DNA from: Paramecium tetraurelia
Lineage: Eukaryota
Length of the DNA stretch: 64,000 nt
Assembly: GCA_000165425.1 (NCBI GenBank)
Contig: CT868681.1
Coordinates: 62,001-126,000 of the forward strand
Direction of reading: 5' to 3'
A program made the translations under genes and the position numbers. A model generated the notes under the pieces. It was given only the letters and a program-made list of their open reading frames with translations. It was not told the DNA's origin and made no database searches. Shown piece by piece: positions 55,120 through 64,000 of the stretch. Numbering within the stretch: the stretch's first letter is position 1; the number at the start of each line of letters is the position of its first letter.

Positions 55120-55513
55120 TCATTATCTGTATATTAAGTACGGGTTAAATACTTCTGGTACAATGAAGAGACCTGCACCTAAATAACTGAAAATGGTATT
55201 CCTTGTTACTTTGATAAATGAAGGAGTGACTGCATAATACAATATTTTTACATCTTGCTGTTAAGCCTGCTGCGGTCAGGGTTGTCAGACACAAGAATAC
55301 AAATCTTGTATTGACGCTTGCTTTGTCTAGAAGGTATTGCTTTTTGAGAGCTGGGGATTTTAGGATTGTAAATTACTTGTGATGCAATTGGGTAGATGAT
55401 CAAAGAATTCAATGGTAGCTTGATAGGTTTAGCAAACTTATTGTTGAGTGTCAGCCTTGAGAATAAATTGGAAAGAATACTAAGGGATTCTATTGGGACT
55501 CTTAATTTTCCAT
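55120..55513 (-). CDS. Small membrane protein (106 aa, two hydrophobic segments)
   Basis: Three introns (25, 26, 22 nt) give 321 nt: MENQESQQNP...FVFLCLTTLTAAGLTARFTPSFIKVTRNTIFSYLGAGLFIVPEVFNPYLIYRQ*. Confidence 0.75.
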
Positions 55514-55545
55514 GAGTGTGTTATATGTATCTAATAAAAATAATT

Positions 55546-58500
55546 ATGTAGAAACCGGAATTGCAGAGAATTTTTAAAGACCTTGCTGCAAAAGTGCCTA
55601 ATGAATAAAAGGAGAAAGCAGCCATGGAATTGCAGAGTGTCTACTACAAATACATTCAATAGAGTGATGAATTGTTCAACAAGATTCAGAAACTCATAAA
55701 TAGTTCTGAGATTCACGAGAAATTTGGTAATGTCTCTAAATTCTACAATAATAGGAGGCATTTTGGCCTTGGATTAATTGACGACAACTGTGTAGGAGGC
55801 TCAAGCATTAACCTTTGTAAACAAGTTTATTCCGAATGTGTCAGGTCAATTCATCTATAATGATGAGAAGTTTTTGAGGAAGAGTGCAGAAGTCTTTGGA
55901 AAATTACTCAGATTGGGTGGAACTAAGATAGCTCAAGTGGTGGATTCACATTTTGTGGAGGCATAAAACTAATTGAAAAGTGAAAAATATAAATTAGCTG
56001 GCGTACTTTGTTTGAAAGAAATATTAAATGAGGCTGCTTCAATCACTTTTAATAAGCTATTTTAAACTATGCAGACGGATCGCAATTTTACACTCATTCA
56101 TGGTGCCATCAGATCAAAATAATATTCCTTACGAGAAGCAGCTCTCGACTTATTCAGTGAAATTGTAAAACAAATTGCATAAAGAGAATGTATTCAATAA
56201 TAGCAACATTATAGAGTCCTATCAAGATTACCTAGTGAAAATATATACTGATGAAATTGAATCTAGAAAAAAATCAAAGGAAGAAGAATACATCCATGGC
56301 AATATTATGATGATCAAAATATTACTCACCTATGCCAAATAAGATGTATTTCGCATCAATATTGTGATTAGGTCTTTTCACAACAACAAATCTATGATTA
56401 AGGAGAATATGTTCTCTCAAAAAAAGATCACAAATCAATCATCATCAACAGGGCTGTGATAGAAACACTACCAATCTTGGCCAAACATGCTAAACATCAT
56501 GCAGTCCAGGAATTCATGGAACAAAGCATATCCTTTCTATTATCATAGACTGTGCAAGCCAGATCTGTGAAGGACAAAAGTCTACCCTACATGACTTTGG
56601 CCATGCTCATCTCATTTTTGAATGAGAACATGCTTCAAGATCTAATTAGAAAGGTGATCTTGCACATTCGTCAAGAATTGCTACAGAAGAACTTTTGTGT
56701 TGAAATGATTCACTGCTTATAAGTCATATTTTAGAACTATACAAGGAAGTTTGCAGAATTCACATCAGTTGATGTCCTAGTAGATGTATCACTATTTCAT
56801 ATTCTATTAAGTAAATACTCTTAAATGGCTTGCATCCACAATCAGTCTAATTTCTTAATTAATTATGCAGATAATAACCCAGACAATCTGATTACATTCA
56901 ATAAAAGCTCTTATAAACAATTGCAGCCATTCTTCTGAGAAAGATTATCAACTTTGTCAATCCAAAATAATAGAACTTTGATGGCAGCATCCTGAATGAT
57001 TTTTAAGGGTACTTACAAAAAGCCATTACCACAACAGAATTCAGATCTCCTGAAGCCATTGCTAATGCCATTCAAACACTCAGCACTTTCTCATTTGATT
57101 TATAGGACAGTCTTGCAATATTTGTGAAGGATGCCGTACTACCCAATCTTGCTAATTCTAATCCAATCATAAGGAAGGCTACTGCAAAAGCAGGATGTCT
57201 GTTGTACATAAAGAAAGGGAGATCGACAGGGTAGTAGATGATCTCCAAGAATGTTATGTATGAAATACTAGATAAGTTTATGAATGTTGCCATTTCAGAT
57301 ACTGAATAGGATATCAGGTAAACAATGCTTGCATCTCTAAATGAGAATTTTGATCCATATTTAAATTCGCCTAATAATTTGAGAAAATTATTTTTATGCA
57401 TGAATGATCCGATCTCAGAAGTTTAAGAAATTGCTTTAACTATTCTTTGTCGTTTATCCATTTTGAATCCCTCAGAAATCATCCCCTTTCTTAAGAAGAC
57501 ACTATTTGAATACCTATAAACGCTGACATTTGACAGCAATCAACCAGAAAAACAAACCATCAATAAGTTATACTTATTGACATCGCTAATCAAACATGGC
57601 CGTACTATTGTCCAACCCTACACCAGCAATATAGCAAAGGTCATTCAATAACATCTAAAGAACCCCAACACTAATGCTATTGTAACTTCATATTTGTTAA
57701 AGGCGTTTGCTCAATTAACTGAAACGGCAAATCAAGAGATACTTGTTAATTTAAAAGAAGTCTTTGATATCATTATAACAGCAATGCAAGATAAGAGTTC
57801 TACTCTTAAAAGAGAAGCTGCCGTCAAATCTCTAAATTTAATTATAAAAAATACAGGGTTTGTTGTACTCCCTTATTATCGTTTTCCCAATCTAATGGAT
57901 GTCATATTCTAGTTAATTAGAACTGAAACTATCCCTGAAATGCGATAAGAATGTTTGAAATTACTAGGCAATCTTGGAGCTGTAGATTCATTCATTTACA
58001 AAAGTGTTTAGGGAGTGCCAACCAAATAAAAATTCAAGTTTCTAAAAAATTATCAAAATGCTCTCAATTCTGTTTCATCAAGTGAATTAATGAATGAAGT
58101 CAGAGGATATAGTGAGGATTTGATACTTATAGGTAATTTCAGTTCTAAAATGTTCTTACATCTTGGAAAATTGAAAATGCAAACTGATCAAGATACTTTA
58201 CTCTATTAAAATAATAATGCTTTGATAACGAAATCAGTAACATTGGATACTCAATCTCATTATCATTAAGCTATAAACTCATAGGATATTGAAGAACTGT
58301 TTCAACAAGTTCCTGTCATATAACTAAATGACATTGATTATTATTCAAAAGTGACCCTAAAGACGCTATTATAAATTCTGTTGGATCCATCTTTATCCAA
58401 TAATCATGAATTAGCACTCGAAACCATTATGTGGATCATAGGAACCTTAAAAGCAAAGACTGCAAGTTATTTGAACTATCTAATACCAGTTTTTGCTCGT

Positions 58501-61500
58501 TTGTTGTAAAGGAATGAAGAAATGAAAGAGAAAGTATTGACATCTTTGTAAAAAGTAATCCATTTGTGTGGAATATAATTCAATCCTCAATACATTGATT
58601 AAGTGATTGCTTGTGTAATGCTATTTTGTTAGGGATAAGAGTCATCAAAGTTAGTTTTGATAGGTTTAGAGATTATGGAGACATTGATTAAAAGTAGTAA
58701 ACCACACTTGAGACATAAAGTGGAACCATTAGTTAGACTAATCAATTAGGAAATCAGTCAATTTGAAGAGGAAAAAGATCTAGTTCGTAAAGGCATAAAG
58801 ATATACATATTGTTAGAGAATTTACTTGACTGCTAATTGCACATGTTTATCCCATTTATGTGCAAGTTGTTAAGTAAAGAGGTTTCCAGTGTTTTATTGG
58901 AGGTTAGAAAGGATATAATAAACTTATTTGTTTCTTTATCAAGAAAATGCCCAACTACAGTTCAATATTTGTCATTGATTGTGAACTCACTGTTAAATCT
59001 AGTGGAATTGAGTGCAAAGACACAACAGCAATTAGAAATGCATCAGACAGTGTTAAATTGCATTGTTAACCTAATCTTATAACATAAGAATCTTATGCTT
59101 GTGTATTTACCAATGATCCATTTGCAAGTGTAGAAATACAAGATACATCATCAATAATATTAGAAATTAGTAGAAATCTTTTTGATGTATGGTAATTTGG
59201 AAGACTTGAACAATCTATTAGATGAGGATTGCAAAGCTATTGAACAATTATTTCCATCTTAGATTACGTAATATTATTCAATCGAACCAAATGCACCAAT
59301 GTACAAGAAGATAGAACCTGAAGAATTGGTGGCTAAATTTGACACAGAATAAAGAAATCTGAAGGAAGAATGGCAAGAGTGGATGCGTAATACAAGTGTG
59401 GAATTATTGAAGTTATCACCATTTCTGGTATTGAGTCCCTGTTCATCTATTGCTGAGATGTATTAGACATTGGCATATGAATTATTCAATATTGCATTTG
59501 ATTCAGCTTGGTATTTCTTGAATGATAAGCACAAAGAATTAATGGTCCAATACTTGGTCAGAGTAATTAAGGCTGACAACATTCCCCTCTAAATCTCATA
59601 GACAATACTAAATCTGGCAGAATTTATGTAGCATGATAAGGAAGGATTGCAAATTGACATTAGTTCTTTAGGAGAATTGGCTGAAAAATGTATGGCTTAT
59701 GCTAAGGCTCTCTATTATCGAGAACACGAATTTGAGACTGCCAATTCAAAAGCCATACAATCTCTCATATCTCTTTATACAAATTTGGGACTCTAAGAAT
59801 CTGCCAATGGTTTATTGACCTATGCTAAATAGTCCCTCAAGATTTAAGTGTAAAATACAGATTATGAGCGATTAAAGAAATGGGATGAAGCCCTACAAGA
59901 GTACAGACAATAGCAACTGAAGTACGAAAATGATTAGAGAATGGACTTAGCTATTAAATTGGTGGTTCCTAAGATGAGATGTTTGAATGCATTGATGTAA
60001 TGGTAAACATTGATTAGTCAAGCAGAGGAGATATTTAAGAGCAATGAAGATGCTAAACAAAAGGAAATTGCTCATTTAGCTGCAAATGCTGCTATGCACT
60101 TAGGGCAATGGGATAAATTGGCTACTTATAATGAATAAGTGAATGCTGAGGAGTCAGACAAGCCATTTTGGAAGGCTGCTGTTTGCATTTCCAAGGGACA
60201 ATTGGATGAAGCTAAAATACAAGTAAGAAAGAGCAGAGAGAGATTGGATGGTTTGGTTACAGGATTACTACAGGAATCATACGATAGAGCTTAAGATGGA
60301 GTATTAAAATTGTAATAGTTAGTTGAAATGGAGGAAATTATAGAAATCAAGCAATTTGAAAATAAGGTATAGAAGGCAGCCTAAGAGAATGTAGGTGAGT
60401 ATTCGTATATTAAATTATTGGATGAATTAGAGATTCGTAAGAAAAAGTTAAAAGATATATGGCATGATAGATTGAGTGGAGCACCAAAAGATATTGATGT
60501 CTGGTACCGTTTGCTTTCCACTCGTCAATTGTATTTACCTAAAGTACATGATCTTGACATTTGGATTAAATTTGCAAAGTTATGTTTGAAGAGATAAAAA
60601 ATGGTATTATGCAAATCTACCATTGAAATACTGAAAGAATAGTTTTAGAATTAAGGTTTGGCTCCACTGCCTGTCACTCTTCACATTTTTAACATGTAAT
60701 TTGAATATGTGCATGCCAAACATGAAATCTAAATTCTAGATTAGGTGAGAGAGTATTTCACCAATTAGGAATAGATAAGTTCTATTGATTCTAAATTAAA
60801 GGCTAAGACATTTTTTACTCTTGGAAAATGGGCTTATGAAAGAGCTGAATCAACAAGTGATTTAGAATAGATCACTAAATAATTCGATGAATCCTTGCAA
60901 TATAATTCCACTTATGCTAAGGCTTGGCATTATTATGGGTTATGCAATTTCGAGGTTATTGAATAATAAGAAAATAGATAATCTATGAATGCACATGTAT
61001 TTGCAGCAGTCAAAGGATTCTTGAAATCTATATCCCTAGGAAGTAGAGATATCAAGAAAGGTAGATACATTCTATAAGATACTTTGCGTCTATTATCCTT
61101 GATATTTAAATATGGAATGGAAGCTGCTATATCTGATGAATTTAGATAGAATTATAAATAAATAGACGTTATTGCTTGGATTGATGTCATTCCATAAATT
61201 CTAGCCAGAATCCAAATTCAAAATCCCATTATTTAATAGTTATTACAAGATCTATTAATTCACATCAGTCGAATTCATCCATAAGCTCTTATATATCCAT
61301 TGACTGTGGCTTGTAAATCCAAAAACCAAATTAAAAGACTGTAAGTACTTAAGATATTGGATGATATGAAAAAGCATTCTCCAATTCTTGTTAACGAAGC
61401 TTTAATCATTAGTGAGGAACTCAATCGTACTGCCATTTTATTGAAAGAAGCATGGAGAGAAGGAATCCAAGAGGCATGGACATCATTTTCTTAAGACAAG

Positions 61501-63163
61501 AATAAAACACATGTTGAAAGAATTTTAAGAGGATTACATGATAATATGAGAGTTAAACTTGAGAGTTTGAGTGAGATCTCATTTCATCAAACATATGGAT
61601 AAGAGATATTTGAGGCTGAAGCATGGTTATAGAGGTATTTAAGAACTGAAGATTAAGTATGTTTATGCGTTGCTTTTGATATCTATACCAGAATCTATCA
61701 TAAAGTTTAGAAGAGCTTAGAAAAAATGAAGAAAGTTCATCTTGAAAATGTATCACCAAAATTGCTGGCTACTTAAAATTGTGAAATCAGTATTCCTGGA
61801 TTGTATAAAACAAATAAATAACTTATTACAATTAATGGATTTGCTCCTAGATTAGATGTTCTATCAAGTAAGTAGCATCCAAGATAGGTTAAGATATTTG
61901 GAAATGATTCAAAAGAGTACTAGTTTTTATTAAAAGGACATGAGGACTTAAGGTAAGATGAAAGAGTGATGCAATTATTTTCATTAGTAAATCGATTACT
62001 CACAAATGATACTGAAACAGAGAGGAAAGATCTTACAATTACAAGATATTCTGTTATACCTTTATCTCATAATACTGGATTATTAGGATGGGTATAGAAT
62101 TGTGATACTTTGCAACAATTAGTAAGGGAGTATAGAGATAAATATGCAATCAGATCTAATGCAGAAAGCACTTTAATGGAATAATTTTGTGCTCAATATC
62201 AAAATCTGCCTTTGCCTAATAAAGTTGAGATTTATAGACACATTTTAGAAAATACTAGAGGGGAAGATTTGCAAAAGGTGTTGTGGATAAAATCACCAAA
62301 TTCTGAAGTTTGGCTTGAAAGAAGAATTAATTATACAAGATCTTTGGCTACAATGTCAATGGGTTGGGTATATTCTGGGAATTAGGAGACAGACATCCAT
62401 CGAATTTTATGTTGTAAAGATTAACTGGCAAAATTGTACATATAGATTTTGGAGATTGTTTTGGTAATGATACATTCTTATACATCAATAGAGGTGGCAA
62501 TGAAAAGAGAGAAATATCCAGAGAGAGTCCCTTTCAGACTTACGAGAATGTTGGTAAAAGCAATGGAGGCTTGTGGAATAGAAGGAGTATATAGACATAC
62601 ATGTAATATTGTAATGAGAGTACTAAGGGAAAATAAGGAGTATTATTAATTTTAATATTTTAGATCTCTATTGGCTGTGTTAGATTCGTTTGTGTATGAT
62701 CCTTTACTTACATGGAGACTTTTGAATGCATAAGATCATAAACCTAAAAAGGAGGCTAGGAATGTAGATTTACACAAGTAAATCCCACAGTAAATGATCA
62801 ATCAACTTCAATGATAAGGAAATTAGTTAGGGGAAGAGTTTGATTCAGGTCATTCCAGAAGCTAAAAGGAGGGGCAGCATAATTGATGACGGAAAGCAGT
62901 AGTAAACTCTGAAGAGAAAGGAGAGTGGAAGGGAGAAGGAAATATATTTTGAATTTGCTGATGAAGAGAGGGAAATCCCAGATGATTTATAAAATTAGAA
63001 GGGGTTAGAGGTTATTGAGAGAATCAAGAAAAAATTACAAGGAAGAGATTTCAAGGAACATGAGGTGTTGTCAACTGAAAGTCAAGTCAATCAACTCATA
63101 CTATAAGCAACTAATCATGAAAATATTGCACAAGCTTACTTGGGATGGTGTCCATTTTGGTGA
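55546..63163 (+). CDS. TOR: Target of rapamycin kinase (HEAT-FAT-FRB-kinase-FATC); apparent indels near the 3' end
   Basis: [84 protein letters not shown] (out of frame as assembled), [14 protein letters not shown]. Confidence 0.95.
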
Positions 63164-63265
63164 TTATTATGATAATCCATTCCAATATTAGTAATTATAA
63201 TATTGTTTTATTTTCAATTTAAATATTAAATGTTGCAGAAATCGATAAAATATGAGTTGTGTAAA

Positions 63266-63687
63266 TCACAAATACTATGACAATTATTCCTTCTTTATTG
63301 GCTTTACTAATAGGTCATCCATTCCTGCATTTAAACATGCTGTCTTCGTCTTTGGATCTCCATCTGATATATAATTAATCAATATGTATTGTTACCCCCA
63401 CTCAATCCTAATATCTTGCATTTAGGCAACCCTTTCGCTTTCTCATGAGCTCTTATTTGTTTGGTCGACTAATAAAATGTTCACTCCCTTACATCATATC
63501 CATCCATAACTGGCATATGAATATCCATTAAAACATGAGCGAAATTAGGTGATTTTTAATAAGTTTCCAGTGCTTCCTTTCCATTAGATACTACTACACA
63601 TTCTACTTTAAGAGCTCCGTAAAGCATTTTTATCAGATTCTGAGCAAAGGGCTCGTCATCTGCCACCAAAACCTTCTTTCCGTCCAT
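63266..63687 (-). CDS. Stand-alone response regulator receiver (CheY-like), 121 aa
   Basis: VLVADDEP, LMDIHMPVMDG, LGLSG, LVKP; introns of 24 and 32 nt give 366 nt. Confidence 0.9.
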
Positions 63688-63709
63688 AATAATAAAATAT
63701 ATTTATTAA

Positions 63710-64000
63710 TCACAATTTATTCTTCCTGTGTTTCTTCTCGATCTGTCTACGTTTTCCCTTCTCCATATTCTTCAATTTCAAGTTCTTCTTTATTTTTTTG
63801 GACTAAAATTGTATCAATAATGCAATACCTTCAACAGTTGTTCTGGCCTCTTTATCTCCTATTTTCCCCCTCTCTGTTGTCCTCCATCCTCTTGATTAAA
63901 GTAATATCCTTTGCCTCTCATTTATCTCCTCTTAAACAACTCTTTCGCTCTAGAAACCATTTATTGATCCTACAATTCAAAGATATCTTTACCTCCTCTT
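63710..64000 (-). CDS. 3' end of a gene with a basic tail, resembling the DBP10/DDX54 C-terminus (partial)
   Basis: QRGGKQEIKRPEQLLK|SKKIKKNLKLKNMEKGKRRQIEKKHRKNKL*; two short introns; the rest lies beyond the window. Confidence 0.45.

Noticed and set aside
63266..63687. Bacterial contamination or recent HGT for the receiver gene
   Set aside because: It has Paramecium-type introns, uses TAA/TAG as Gln and is tightly embedded among host genes.

Overview
AT-rich, gene-dense eukaryotic DNA that behaves like a Paramecium macronuclear chromosome (probably the aurelia complex, e.g. P. tetraurelia). TAA/TAG read as Gln, TGA is the only stop (ciliate code, table 6), introns are tiny (about 20-32 nt, GTA...TAG), and intergenic gaps are often under 35 nt. 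The supplied ORF track uses the standard code, so it fragments real genes and invents antisense ORFs; I retranslated by eye with code 6. Recognisable genes: two tandem class-3 lipases, a TALE homeobox factor, MORN-repeat proteins, queuosine salvage hydrolase (QNG1), a tail-anchored ankyrin protein, a disabled GTPase, a TPR protein, a four-domain truncated haemoglobin, a CAMK-type kinase, a CNBD K+ channel, a Sec5-like protein, a twin-CX9C protein, PP1, an FKBP-like/TPR co-chaperone, Listerin, BPNT1, a pseudokinase, an EH-domain protein, a Dicer-like RNase III, TOR, a stand-alone response regulator and the 3' end of a DBP10-like gene, plus several hypothetical coiled-coil genes. Most notable: the tetradomain 2/2 globin, a TOR with Trp at the rapamycin-critical FRB serine and three apparent +1 indels at its 3' end, an ATGA stop/start overlap, head-to-head ATGs only 13-32 nt apart, and a perfect 19-bp TA-bounded inverted repeat. 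No rRNA, tRNA, CRISPR, telomere or transposase was recognised. Coordinates were counted by hand and may be off by a few bases.
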